DNA of 63,493 nt, filler included, from Octopus bimaculoides (taxonomy: Eukaryota), in assembly GCF_001194135.2 (NCBI RefSeq). It is 8 parts of 7 records of this genome, joined end to end, with 100 filler letters (N's around TTAATTAATTAA, not from the genome) between each part and the next. Parts side by side here need not be neighbours in the genome. Positions count along the whole stretch, not along the records: positions 32,815 to 43,178 come from NC_068985.1; positions 43,279 to 51,885 come from NC_068983.1; 6 more parts are not named here. The stretch is one strand, 5' to 3'. Every line of letters begins with the position of its first letter. Position 1 is the first letter of the stretch. The translations under genes were made by a program, and so were the position numbers. The notes under the pieces were generated by a model. It did not search any database. It was not told where the DNA came from and saw nothing but the letters and a program-made list of their open reading frames with translations. This document shows, piece after piece, positions 37,171 through 49,989 of the stretch.

Positions 37171-38759
37171 TGGGACTATGTAATCAACTTACATAATTAA
37201 GGAAAAGCAGCTGAAGTAGTTCAATGGAATGGATTAAATAAATAATTTAAGGTGTGATGCACTGAATGGCATACATAAGACATTCATTAAAATGTCCCAT
37301 TTAGCTGGACAGAAAACTTACAAGCATCTGAAATTATCAAACTTTTGTTTCCAGTCTTAAATATTTTATCAGAATTGATCACTACTACTAAGCACATGTT
37401 TAACTTAATCTTACAAAAGATTGTTAGAATCGGCTTAATACAAGTAAAATGTCTTATGTCCATAAAGTAATCATTTAATAAGGGGCATTTACTGTAGCAA
37501 GTCATAACTATAGTAACAGTAATTTATTCACCAACCAGTGCGGAGTAGATCTCGGATTGCTTGAGACGATTTCTATTGCAGAAAATGTTGATTACTTTTA
37601 ATTTTATTCATTGCAGCAGTAACACCAAGGGTCCAATCAATAAATAAGTAAATAAATATTAATTACTGGGTGTTTTTTGGTTTTGTTTTTGTTTTTTTTT
37701 GTTGTTGTTTTTTTACACTACTCATCATAGGTATATTGTTTTGTTTTACTTCTCCGCTTCCTTACAACGAAGTATATGATCTAAAAAAGAGAAATTGAAA
37801 TAGTTTGCTTTCGTATCCAAGAAAAATCTTTGAAATACAGAGTATATTCGTGTATAATCGTGTTGCCTGTGGAACACGATTGCACAAGAATACTTTGTGT
37901 TAATATTTCATTTGACATTAACTTAAAAATCTAGTTTCATTAAATCACTAAACCAAATCCTAAAGTTCTGCCACCTTAATCAGAAGTGTAAAACCATCCT
38001 GACCATTAGGAATGAAATTAAATCAAAAAAAAATGTTGATAGTGCACACTTCAGTGAATACTGGATATAACTCGAATCAAAGAACACCGGTGGAACACAC
38101 TTCAAAGATTACTATTATAATACCTTTCTATAGATATTAATGTAAATCTCTTTAACGAATACTGATGGAACATTGTTCAGGGAATATTGAGGGTGTATAT
38201 TTCAAGGAATACTAATATATCATTCTTTATCTTTACGGTTTTTATAATTTACATTTTGAAGTATTTTATTTCTGTTTCTCTAGAAGCTATATTTGCCAGA
38301 TTTATTCGCATAAGAGCTGGCTTCGGCTAAACTCATAATATTTTATTTGAAACAGTTTCTCAATGTTTCTATCTGCAAGGTCATAGTATACGAAATTGCA
38401 CAAAACCTCAAAGATGAGGTTATCTAAGGGAAATAAATACACGAGTGTTAAACTCTCATCTAAAACAAAACAAAAAAAACCGAGGCAGTAAATGAATGGG
38501 TTTGAAAATGAATGTGGCTTATGCTATTGTGGCATCTGCTAAAGGAATATGTATAGGCTATTCCATTATAATAACAGAGGAATGTTAAATATGTAAAGGT
38601 GATTTTATTGAAAATAGGTGCTGCAGAACAGTTCGACCATTTAATATGAAACACGTGAAAGCGTCAATAATAACTGAGCAGATATATTGTCAAAAGTGTT
38701 TCAGCCATGACAATTCCTTATCAATTCCAGCGCGTAGCAACATTAGAGGCGATTAACAA

Positions 38760-39130
38760 TACCAGCCAATATAGAGTGGTAAATTATGCCATTATAGTTG
38801 ATCAGTAAATTATACCAGTTTATTTGACTGGTATAACATACCACATTATATAGGGCAGTAAATTACACCCGCCTAAAAGAGCCGTAGATTCTACCAATAT
38901 ACATAAAGCTGTAAATTATTTAAACGTAAACAGAGCAGAATAGTATATCCTCTACTTTGAGGGGTAAATTATAACGACCTACATAGCGCACTAAATTTTA
39001 ACAGCCTACATAGAGCAGTAAACTACACCAGGTTACTTATAGCAGTACACTTACCAGCTTACATGGTACTGCATACATAGAGCAGTATATTAGACCAGGC
39101 TATTAGAGAGGTGGATTATACAGCACATAC
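38760..39130. repeat. Old ~29-bp minisatellite, consensus approx. CATAGAGCAGTAAATTACACCAGCCTA
   Basis: Recurring (CA)GTAAATTA(T/C)A and CATAGAGCAGTA motifs at ~29-nt spacing, roughly 12 copies. Confidence 0.7.
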
Positions 39131-39812
39131 ATTTCATCACTACAAAAAGAAATCATTTGTGCAGGTTGTTCAATCAACAAGAAATTACAGAACCATTTTC
39201 CTCAGACTACGAGAGACTACCATCATTGTTTAAGGCTGTGTACAAAGTGTTCAATTCTTTTTTGTTTCTTACTTTTTTCGTACATAATGACGCAGGTATT
39301 AATAAGAAGTGTTGAAATTAATGCGTGCAAGACTTCACAGCTCTAGCATCACTCCTTCATTGCCAACCAAAGAACTCTTCAGCCAACTTCCATAGCAAAT
39401 TTATATTAAAACGTTTGCTGTGCGGTCTTATATGTTCATTACCTTGTTCATGTTGTTTATTGTTTCAAAAACTGCGTTCTCTTTTTTTATTTTATCTCAT
39501 TCTATGCATCTTCAAGGATTTTGACAAAACTAAAGACGCAAATCTCTCCTAATACCCCCATATAGTGACCATAACATAATTTGACAAATTTTTATGTTAT
39601 ATGAATTGCGTATGCATAATTAATTCTTTGAGGTTAAATGGGTATTCTGTTTCCTGGTGGTTATTTGCATAGTAGGATGTTAATTACGTAGTAGGGAGTT
39701 AATTGCTCCACTGAGAGTCAATTATTCTGATGCTCAGAGACTACAAGCGGTCCTAACGGAAGCCATTGTCCTACTAGTGGCATTCAACATTATTATTATT
39801 ATTATTATTATT

Positions 39813-39860
<48 letters not shown>

Positions 39861-39865
39861 GTTAT

Positions 39866-40085
39866 TAAGGCAGCAAGCTGGCAGAATCATTAGCGCGCTG
39901 GACGAAATGCTTAGCGGTATTTCGCGCGTCGCTACGTTATGAATACAAATTTTGCCGAGGTCAACTTTGTCTTTCATCTTTTGGTGTCGATAAGTTAAGT
40001 ACCAGTGAAACACCGGGGTCGATGTAATCGACTCATTGCCTCCCCTAAAATGAATGCCCTTGCGGCAAAATTTGAAACCATTATT
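39866..40085 (+). mobile_element. SINE family B, full length with (ATT/GTT)n tail
   Basis: AAGGCAGCAAGCTGGCAGAATCATTAGC...CTTTCATCTTTTGGTGTCGATAAGTTAAGTACCAG...GGGGTCGATGTAATCGAC...CAAAATTTGAAACCATTATT. Confidence 0.85.
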
Positions 40086-40113
40086 GTTGTTGTTGTTGTT
40101 GTTGTTGTTGTCG

Positions 40114-40208
<95 letters not shown>

Positions 40209-40289
40209 GATTTTTTTCTATATTTGACACACGGATCGCGAAGAACATTTAGGACAATACAGAGACAAAGGAAAATTAATATTTATGTT

Positions 40290-40480
40290 TACTTCCCAGT
40301 TCTTGTTCACTTGAAGGTGAACCAGACCAAACCCTAAGCAATTTAACCTGTCTGTCAATCCAGTGCCCGACGATGACATGGACCGGCCTCTCCTGAAGAC
40401 CACCGACTTCTCTGGCATAATTCGTGCTCCTGTTACTAACTCATATTCCCTTAATGGTTTCTGATTTATACACAAGGCCA
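40290..40480 (-). mobile_element. L1/Tx1-like LINE RT C-terminal fragment
   Basis: PLREYELVTGARIMPEKSVVF..RGRSMSS....TDRLNCLG.GLVHLQVNKNWEV resembles L..YE..TGAKIN..KS...........LG..F....Q...NW. Confidence 0.65.
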
Positions 40481-40604
40481 ACAGTTTTGAGGGCTTCGAA
40501 TTCAACATTGGACTTAGCAATTATTTTATTGTTTCAATGTATGAAAGGCAAAATGTACGCTTAATAATAATAATGATAATGATAATAATTATAATAATAA
40601 TAAT

Positions 40605-40649
<45 letters not shown>

Positions 40650-41275
40650 TATTATTATTATTATTATTATTANNNNNNNNNNNNNNNNNNNNNNNNNNNN
40701 NNNNNNNNNNNNNNNNNNNNNNNNNNNNNNNNNNNNNNNNNNNNNNNNNNNNNNNNNNNNNNNNNNNNNNNNNNNNNNNNNNNNNNNNNNNNNNNNNNNN
40801 NNNNNNNNNNNNNNNNNNNNNNNNNNNNNNNNNNNNNNNNNNNNNNNNNNNNNNNNNNNNNNNNNNNNNNNNNNNNNNNNNNNNNNNNNNNNNNNNNNNN
40901 NNNNNNNNNNNNNNNNNNNNNNNNNNNNNNNNNNNNNNNNNNNNNNNNNNNNNNNNNNNNNNNNNNNNNNNNNNNNNNNNNNNNNNNNNNNNNNNNNNNN
41001 NNNNNNNNNNNNNNNNNNNNNNNNNNNNNNNNNNNNNNNNNNNNNNNNNNNNNNNNNNNNNNNNNNNNNNNNNNNNNNNNNNNNNNNNNNNNNNNNNNNN
41101 NNNNNNNNNNNNNNNNNNNNNNNNNNNNNNNNNNNNNNNNNNNNNNNNNNNNNNNNNNNNNNNNNNNNNNNNNNNNNNNNNNNNNNNNNNNNNNNNNNNN
41201 NNNNNNNNNNNNNNNNNNNNNNNNNNNNNNNNNNNNNNNNNNNNNNNNNNNNNNNNNNNNNNNNNNNNNNNNNNN

Positions 41276-41361
<86 letters not shown>

Positions 41362-42062
41362 CATAATAGCACAAGATCAAGCTTAAGGACTAATTGGATA
41401 AAAGTCAAGATAGACAAAAACCAAGTAGATTCCTAATGTAGGTTGTGCAAATCAAAAGAGGAAAGCGTTACTCATAGAGTAAGTGAGTGTAGCATGCTGG
41501 CACAGAAAGAATACAAGAAAGGACATGACAACCTTGAGAGAGTAATCCACTAGGGTTTATGTAGAAAGCTAGGATTTGAACATACTGATAAATGATATGA
41601 ACACGAACCTAATAAAGTACTAGAGAGTAAGAAATATATGATGTTGTGGGGCTTTAACATTCAAACTGGGAGAGAGAGAAGCTAGAAGGTCTAATTTAGC
41701 AGTAGTAGATAAAGAGAAAAGAAAGTGCCAGATAATTGACTTTACAGTCCCAAATGATGAAAGCATTAATATGAGAGGTATAGAAAAAATAGTAAAGTAC
41801 CAGGTCCTAGCTATTGAATTACAGAAACTATGGAAAGTGCGGGTAAAATGTATCTCAGTAGTTATAAGTGCATTGGGAACAATCCCTAAAGATCTGAACA
41901 GATGGATAGAGGAAACAGGCATAAAATCCGGTTTAGTACAGCTCCAGAAAACAGTATTATTAGGGACAGCTAGTATATTTAGGAGGGTCTGTAGCATCTA
42001 AGGTTACTTCTTGTAACCCAATAAGAGGGTTCTTAGCATCTAAGGTTACTTGTTGTAGCCTT
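41362..42062 (+). mobile_element. 3' part of an R4/Dong-like RLE LINE (CCHC knuckle plus RLE), between (AAT)n arrays
   Basis: LRTNWIKVKID...CRLCKSKEESVTH.VSEC..LAQKEYKK.HDN...LW.FNIQT...IIDFTVPND.....IEKIVKYQVLAIELQKLW....VVISALGTIP...LQKTVLLGTASIFRRVCSI*, with stops and a frameshift. Confidence 0.9.
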
Positions 42063-42143
42063 ATGTTAGGATTTGTTCTTTTCAAACAGTTTAATCTGTT
42101 GAGTGTATATGAAAATAATAATAATAATAACAGTAATAATAAT

Positions 42144-42249
<106 letters not shown>

Positions 42250-43147
42250 TTATTGAGTAAAGAAAGAAAAACTTAAAGAGAAGAAAAACTCAAAAGAAGA
42301 AATTGCAGGGAAGGAAAAAAACTGTAAGGGTATTTGCAGGTGATACGAACACCAAGATAGATACAGAAGACTAGTGACTATGGATGAGGAAGAGAGACCC
42401 GAAGATAGAGACCGAAGCACTTGTATGTGCAGCACAAGAACAAGCGTTAAGGACTAACTAAGTGAAGTGCAGAATTGACAAAACAACCATGAGTGACAAA
42501 TGCAGAATGTGCGGTGAGGGGGGTGAAACGGTATGGCACATTCTTAGCGAATGCGCGAAATCGGCACAACGCAAATACAAAAGACAACATGACAATGTGA
42601 CAAGAATGACCCATTGGGAGCTCTGTGGAAATCACGCTCTACAAAGAGCAAAGACGTGGTATGTGAAAACCCCAAAAGTAGTCATCGAAAATGAAAATTG
42701 CAAAATCCTCTGGGATGCAATGACTAGGTGCGATCACTTGACCAGACATCGGAAACCAGACATTGTTGTGGTGAAAAAGTGAAGAAAGAACATACATGGT
42801 AATCGATATAGCATGGCCCGGTGATAACAGGATCAAAGAGAAAGAAGAATAAAGACAGAACAGCTATGATGATTTGAAGTGGGAAATACGAAGTTTGTGG
42901 TCAATGAGGAGAGCAGACGTGATACCAATAGTAATTGGTGCACTTGGAAGTATCAGCACTCAACTACCAACAAGGCTGAAAAAGATTGGTACAAATGCAA
43001 AGGTAGAACACCTACAAAGATCAGCATTGCTTGGAACTGCAAGAATTCTTCGCAGGGTTCTTGAAGCATAACCAGTAAGCGAGGGTCACCTTTGTCTGCT
43101 GGCTGTGGACAGCTGACACTTTCCATCATACCCAGCAAAATAAGCTG
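42250..43147 (+). mobile_element. 3' part of another R4/Dong-like RLE LINE, directly after an (AAT)/(AAC) array, with 3' UTR and (GAT)n tail
   Basis: TEALVCAAQEQALRTN*VKCRID...KCRMCGEGGETVWHILSEC...KYKRQHDNV...LWDA..RCD......KPDIVVV..IDIAWPGDNRI..KE...YDDLKWEI..LW.....PIVIGALG...LQRSALLGTARILRRVLEA*. Confidence 0.9.
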
Positions 43148-43474
43148 TTTTCATCAAATGATGATGATGAGGAGGAGGNNNNNNNNNNNNNNNNNNNNNN
43201 NNNNNNNNNNNNNNNNNNNNNNTTAATTAATTAANNNNNNNNNNNNNNNNNNNNNNNNNNNNNNNNNNNNNNNNNNNNAGAAATTTGAAAAGACAACACG
43301 AAACTGGTTATTTCTCAAAATACAATGATTATATACCAAAAAGATTTTATAACATTTTTCTGACATAATTTAAATATATACTTTAACCATGTAACACAAG
43401 CCTTCTGTAGTTTTTTCACTCTTATTATCTTTTATACATCCAACCACGTACTTTCACATACCAACTTTCTCACA

Positions 43475-43518
<44 letters not shown>

Positions 43519-44187
43519 CCGCCTGTGTATCTCTATGATAGCTCGATTGTGTTTAAATGTGTGTATGGCTGAATGTGTGTATATGTGTATGCGTCACGTT
43601 ATATATCGCAACTTCTGAGTGCTTTAAAATTTAGAATAATTTTTTGCATAATGATTTTTGTGAAAATTACCACGTTAATACCAATTTTATGCACCATGTG
43701 AAGTACTTATATAGCACTTATCTCTTATATAATCACCTAAGAAATCATTTACATTTGGACGCACTTACGTAGCATTTCCAGTAAGATAATTCCATGTGGA
43801 ATTATATAAAAATCTGACTTCAGGTACATACATAATTTCAGACATCTTCGTAATTGATAACTTGTTACTGATGGTTTCACACAGTATTTCTCTCCCTTTC
43901 TGCCAATCGAGAAACATGTTTCTTCATTTTATGACTTATTTAATTAATTACCACGCTTGCATGATACTTTCGTATACAATGTACCAAGAGATCAATCCAG
44001 CGCCTGTGATTTTAAATGGTCTTCGCATGATTTGAACGATGGGAAGAATCAAATGCATTATATTAGCTCAGCATCTACCCTGATCCACCGTGATCCACCC
44101 TGCAAAAAATACCATCACTATCGAGTGAACTAAGAATTAGATTTTTATTTACGTAGTTGGTCCCTGCTAGCCACATATGCTAGAAAG

Positions 44188-44530
44188 GAGGGCCGCATTT
44201 AAACCCATCGAGGCCCTAAGCACTTAAAAGATTTTGCTGCCCCTTTAAAGATTATGTAATTCAAAATATAAACAATAACAAACCATAAAATAAATTATTT
44301 TTCAAAAGGAAACAAAACACTAAGAGGGAAAATAATTTTTTATTTATGTATACTTCCACTTTATTTATATTTGAAAAGGTTCCTCCTACTTTTTTGAATT
44401 GCGAAGTTCTTGATCTGATCCTCAAAATTTATCTTAGGTAACACATCTGCATCTATACTTAGTAGAGATAAAAGCAACTCAAATATAATTTTAGCAAGTC
44501 TCAAATGATATCGTTTGTGCCGTAAACCAT
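44188..44530 (-). mobile_element. hAT (Tip100/ZMYM1-like) transposase C-terminal remnant with one terminus
   Basis: LLSIDADVLPKINFEDQIKNFAIQKSRRNLF resembles the hAT dimerisation C-terminus LSIE.D....IDF...I..FA..K.RK; AGGGCCGCATTTAAACC looks like a TIR end. Confidence 0.6.
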
Positions 44531-45142
44531 TTACCATTTCTTTGGAGCCCCCTCCTTCCCTTGGTGTCCTATGCATGTGCTTATTTTACTTAATGGTTAA
44601 TCCAGCACTGCTAGAAAATTTACTGCTCCGAATTTAGACACCAGCCAGTGACTACCAATCCTTTGAAAACAATGACACGAAAATATCTACCATTGCTCCA
44701 GATCTTACATTTATTTGGCACTTCCTAGGTTTTATATCCAGATTCAAACTCCGTAAGTTTGCTGATATACATTCAGAACATACATTCATATGCTAAAAAT
44801 ATTTGGAAAGCTTTATTTTCAGAAGTGGAAATATCAGTGAGGACGATATACTTAACGTTCCTGTTTATAAGACAACCCATATATTTTCAGAAGTGTACAT
44901 TATTGCAATTCCATACGCTGTTTATAATGCCATTATCCTATCGAAACAATTATGCAGGTCATCAGAATGAAGATCTCTTTTCTCTCTAGTCAAAGATGCA
45001 AATGAACTCTTCTAAGAAATCTTAATGCTGATTCAAATGTTGGATTTAAAACTTGTTGTATCATCACATGACGTTTTCGAGATACGAATATTTTTTTTCT
45101 CCATATCATTCAATTTTATATATAAGAGATAAGGAATTATGT

Positions 45143-45449
45143 ACATTGTTTACATTATTTACATTTGACGGACATTTGTGCTCATTTTGTTTGTTTGCGT
45201 ATGGCGTAGTGTTTAAGAGCGCGGGCTACTAACCCCAAGCTTCCGAGTTCGATTCCAGGCAGTGACCAGAATAATTATAATAATTATAATAATAATAACA
45301 TCGAAAAATACCTTAGGAATGAGAAACCGAGTTCGAAATTTCCCCAAGATATCTGATGAATGCTGGAGGACATATCAGGCGAAACGTTGTGTTAATAACA
45401 TACAAAATGAGGACAAATGTCCGTCAAATGGAAATAATGTAAATAATGT
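45143..45449 (+). mobile_element. Composite element: inverted repeats bounding a tRNA-like head, an (AAT)n linker and a hammerhead-like motif
   Basis: Arms 45143-45196 and 45397-45449 are reverse complements (CATTTGACGGACATTTGT.CTCATTTTGT / ACAAAATGAGGACAAATGTCCGTCAAATG); head TGGCGTAGTGTTTAAG...GAGTTCGATTCC. Confidence 0.75.
45348..45393 (+). ncRNA. Minimal type I hammerhead ribozyme motif (Penelope/retrozyme type)
   Basis: GATAT CTGATGA A tGCTGGaggacataTCAGGC GAA ACGT T GTGTT: intact CUGAUGA and GAAA, palindromic ACGT helix III, GUU triplet, wobble-paired helix I; helix II imperfect. Confidence 0.6.
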
Positions 45450-46230
45450 TCCATATTATTGTTGCATGACTCCAAACACGCACACGCACACACACACACA
45501 CGCACACACACACACAAACACACACACGCACGCACATACCACACATACACCCCTCCACGCACGCAAGCATATGTTTGTCAGAATGTATTTCAGAATGCAT
45601 GTCAGAGCGTGTGTATACATACATGCATACACACACACGCACACACACTATAGAGATTTAGAAATATGACATTTTCTTATAAATGGAAATTTATGGTTCC
45701 GATATAAAAGCCAGCCATAGTCTACTATCTTGTTTGCATAAATTTCGGAATCTTTGATAATTTGTTTGTACACGTTTAATGCCATAATGAATATCACTTC
45801 ATGTTACTCATAAATGGCATCCTGATCTTCAAGAAAGAAATATTTAAACATAAGACATGTAATTTTGTGCCCCCGAAGGAACTCATGATATCGAAAGCAT
45901 CAGTCAATATCTCAACTCCAGTTTTGAAATATGGAAGCCTGTAATTTATTTTTATGCCATATCATTATTTAATTTTACCGATTATCTTTTACTTGTTTCA
46001 GTTAATGATTTGAAGCTATGCTATCTGCCTTGAAACCTAACAAACGGACCCCAGTTTGTATTTTTTTTAAAGATTGGTACTTAATCTAACGGAATCTTTA
46101 GCAGAACCGTTAGGTTACTGGACGTAAACAAACAAACACCTGATGCAAACGGGTGTGACGCAAACTAACACAAGCGTAGAGACACACATAAAGAAACTTA
46201 CACAAACCCAGATATACACATACAGATATA

Positions 46231-46460
46231 TTTCTTTACAGCCCACAGGGGGCTAAACACAGAGGGGACAAACAAGGACAGACAAAGACATTAAGTCGAT
46301 TAGATCGACCCCAGTGTATAACTGGTACTAATTTAATCGACCTCGAAAGGATGAAAGGCAAAGTCGTCCTCGGCGGAATTTGAACTCAGAACGTAACGAG
46401 GGACGAAATACCGCTAAGTATTTCGCCCGGCGTGCTAACAATTCTGCCAGCTCGCCGCCA
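46231..46460 (-). mobile_element. SINE family B, well preserved
   Basis: Minus strand GGCGGCGAGCTGGCAGAATTGTTAGCACGCCGGGCGAAATACTTAGCGG...TCTGAGTTCAAATTCCGCCGAGGACGACTTTGCCTTTCATCCTTTCGAGGTCGATTAAATTAGTACCAG. Confidence 0.9.
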
Positions 46461-46656
46461 CATACATACATGCATGCATATATACGTACATACATACATA
46501 CATACAGACATGCATGCATACATGCATACATACATACATGCATACATACATACATACATGCATACATGCATACATACATACATACATGCATACATGCATA
46601 CATACATACATACATACATACAAACATACATACATACATACATATACATGTATGTC

Positions 46657-46804
46657 TACGAAGGGTTGCTGAAAAGTTTCTATAAACTTATTACAGCGGT
46701 CCTTCCGTTTTTCTAAGTCGTGTAAACAACCTCGGAAGGTTGGGCCTCCAACTATACCTTTCACGATACCCTTAAAGCCAGGAACTTTTCAGCACCCGCT
46801 CGTA
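46657..46804. mobile_element. Mariner-derived MITE with TA target-site duplication
   Basis: TA-CGAAGGGTTGCTGAAAAGTTTC ... GGAACTTTTCAGCACCCGCTCG-TA terminal inverted repeats. Confidence 0.85.
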
Positions 46805-47189
46805 TATATAAAACGGGCTTCCACATACCAAATTCACTCACAAGGCATTAGTCGATCCGTATCTCCAACAGAAGACAATAGCCCGAAGTGCCGCGCTGTG
46901 GGATTGAACACGAAACCTCCTGGTTGCTAAACGATATTTTTTTACCATGCATTGATGCCTCTGCCTGCGTTGTATATCTTACTTCAACATTTTTATATTT
47001 TATTACCACTTATATCGATGGCCCTACAAAACTCACTCCTTAATTTATACAACATGTGATTTTGTAAATATTTCTTCACGGAATTGAAATCCCCATCAAA
47101 TTATTTTTATACATATGCTCATAGGAAATATCTACATTAAATCGTGAAGGCGTAATGTAAATATTTTCACCTCATCACCTAAGGAAACT

Positions 47190-47740
47190 CATTGAATAGT
47201 ATTTCTTCCAGGCATATTTTGAGGACCTTTTCGGCAATTCGTTTCTCGTATAATGCTCAGTAATAGAGGGACAGTTTCACAGGCAAAGTAGTAATGCTTT
47301 AAATATCCCCTTTGCATGCCCATTACAATAGCAATTACTTTAAGTTCTCCAAAAGTATTCCATGGGTGATCGTTGTATTGAATTGCATTAAAAAGAATCT
47401 TCATGTTCACACGGATTATTTTAAATGCATTAAAGAAATGATGGAGTTAAATGGTTTTAAATATCCATTATGCAATAAAACGGATTTAGGTGCTCCTACT
47501 GATGCCGGTATAAAAGTCGCCATTCACTTACAACATGCCTCTCAGAAAACCTCCTAAAAGGCCATTAATTCCATGACAATAACATAGAAGACCGTCTACT
47601 TTGAAATGAACTTTCGCTTTCTGTACATATAAAAAATTGAGCTTTCAACAAGTATATGTCTTCCTTTCAAACGAAAGATGAGGAAGTTTTTCTTCAGATT
47701 TTGACAATTTTAAATCGTCCTAAACAAAAGTATCATTATG
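47190..47740 (-). mobile_element. Degenerate DNA transposase fragment, Chapaev-3-like
   Basis: LCYCHGINGL, PKSVLLHNG..KP, NMKILFNAIQYNDHPWNTFGELKVIAIVMGMQRGYLKHYYFAC resemble LKAVLLHNGN..PS and ENMK.LL..I.Y..H.W.ICGDLKV.A.L.G.Q.GYTKYCCF.C; family label from recognition. Confidence 0.7.
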
Positions 47741-48525
47741 TAAAAAGAAGTGGAACCTCTCTCTGTTTCTGCATTCGAAATCTAGGGAAAATATAAACAC
47801 ACTATCAGCAATTGCTTCTTGGTCAATCTTCATTCGAGTTGAGTTCATCATGTTGGGTTCGAGAAACTTATAATGATTGATATGGTGGTAATTATTGTCG
47901 TAGCATTGACGTTTTGGTAAATATTATTTTTTATGTTTACTACAAAGAAATCCCTTTAGTACTAACAATATAAAAATAATAGTCTGTATTGTGATCTTAT
48001 CGTTACCTATAAGTACTCATTAGAACTGCAAATTTAGTAAGATCATCGATTTGGCCAAATGCCCACGCAAATCATTTGATTACACTGATCAAAATTGATG
48101 ACGTGTTAATGGCCTGATTGGTCGTCTGACAGAGAATAATAATACCTTTTAAAGATCTGAGATAACATGTCATTGTGAAGAACAAATACATGAGTAATCT
48201 TAGATTTTCTGACGTCTAACAAACAATACATTATCTTAAAATAAAGAATAAATGTTCACAAATGATACATGGCAGATTAATCACCATATTAAGTAACTTA
48301 TTAAATTCATAGATAAAAATATGAAATATTTCACATGAACTACAAATTAAAATATAAGCTGAGGATTAAGCAGTTATATATAAAAATATATAGACTTGTG
48401 AGAACCGTTTCAAAATTATTGCAAATGTGCAAGTTAAATACATGTGAAATAAGCTCTCGTGATAAGTATATCATAACTAGTGCAGCAATACAGGTATTAT
48501 GGTCTAATATTAATATTACAAGGAC

Positions 48526-48978
48526 TGGCATTGCTGTGTGGTAGAAGTTTACTTTACAACGACGTGGTTCCGTGTTCAATTTTACTGTGTGGAGCCTTCG
48601 GCAAAGGTATTTTACGTTAAACCCGGTCCGACCAAGGCGTTGTGGCCGGATTTGTACCTACCACTGCCTTACAACCAGTAATGGTTTTTTACGTCTTCAA
48701 ATCTTACCAGTTTAGATACCAGGTTTTAGAAAATAGTAGTGGTAATAGTTCTGTTTTTAGCCCTAGGACTCATCAGACCGTTTACCCACAATATTCCCTC
48801 TAAATATGACGCCGCCTTGTATTCGCGATACACACTTATAGCTGTACGGACTGGAGCAACGTGAAATGAAGTGTATTGCTCAAGAACCCCCCACACATTC
48901 CACTCTAGAAATCAAAATCACTTTCTTACGATCATTAACACAAATCCCTGACCACGCGACCACACGCCTTCGCACGTT
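48526..48978. mobile_element. Degenerate SINE A head (+, 48526-48660) and a CORE-like SINE 5' part (-, ~48750-48978)
   Basis: GCTGTGTGGTAGAAG..GTGTTCAATTT head; minus strand TCTTGAGCAATACACTTCATTTCACGTTGCTCCAGTCC core-like tract. Confidence 0.6.
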
Positions 48979-49241
48979 TACAGGCAATGTATATATGATT
49001 CTTTACTTCTATATATTGCCGAAGATAATTTTAATTTTAGATCCTTTCCTAATATTCTTCGCTATTTCTTGAAAGTTTTATGTGCCGGTGAGTGTTTAAG
49101 GAGGCCGATTTTTTAAACCAAGTGGTTTTGAATTCAACCCCACTAAGCGTCAAATTGGGAGAATGTTCTCTACTGCAGTCCGGAGCCTACCAGCATTTTG
49201 TTAGTGAATTTGTTAGAGGAGAAACTGTAAGAAACACATCG

Positions 49242-49281
<40 letters not shown>

Positions 49282-49691
49282 TATAATAAATATATCGTAG
49301 AAAATATGTGTGCATGTGTGTGTATGTGTGTGTGTGTGTTGCTTGATTGGTTCATTTACGTTCTGGTAAGATAAAAGTTTGGTAAAGGATACTGTTAGCG
49401 TACGTACCAAACTTTCAAAAATAAGTACTTTGAAAGTGGTACCTTAGCAAGGCGGCACTGCAATGATTGAAACAAGGCGCCTATGCGTAACAAGTTTAAT
49501 AATATATCATAAAACAGAAAATAAAACATTCTCAGAGATTTCTCCAAAATTTCAAGTGGCCAAATTATCTAGGATCACATCAGCAGAAGAAAATCATTTG
49601 AAACTCTTTATAATGACTTGAAAAACGAATGCAATATTTGGGAAGAATGAATCCAATGATCAAATTCCATATCATCTTCACTCGATGAAAC

Positions 49692-49801
<110 letters not shown>

Positions 49802-49989
49802 TCAATTTCAGAGGAGCAATTACTGAATCTTCAATAAACCAGAACTAGAAATTATGCAATAGAAAATGTAGCAATTTATATAATGAGTAATATTTCATTC
49901 TAACAAAAGCATATATTACGAAAGTAATCGAGTCAGCTTCCTTAGGGAAATACATGTACAACGTAGGTAAACATAAAAATATCTCTAGG

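Larger units (their letters stand above)
45981..46968 (-). mobile_element. SINE family A split by nested insertions (tail 45981-46230, head 46805-46968)
   Basis: Tail and head of the same family in the same orientation flank a SINE B, a (TACA)n array and a mariner MITE. Confidence 0.65.

Noticed and set aside
37800-38330. Lectin/discoidin-like words (IFVYNRVACGTRL; AIFARFIRI)
   Set aside because: Two short motifs 450 bp apart, each closed by stops; too weak
45202-45265. Genuine tRNA gene
   Set aside because: No complete cloverleaf or acceptor stem and embedded in a repeat; all tRNA-like sequences here are SINE heads
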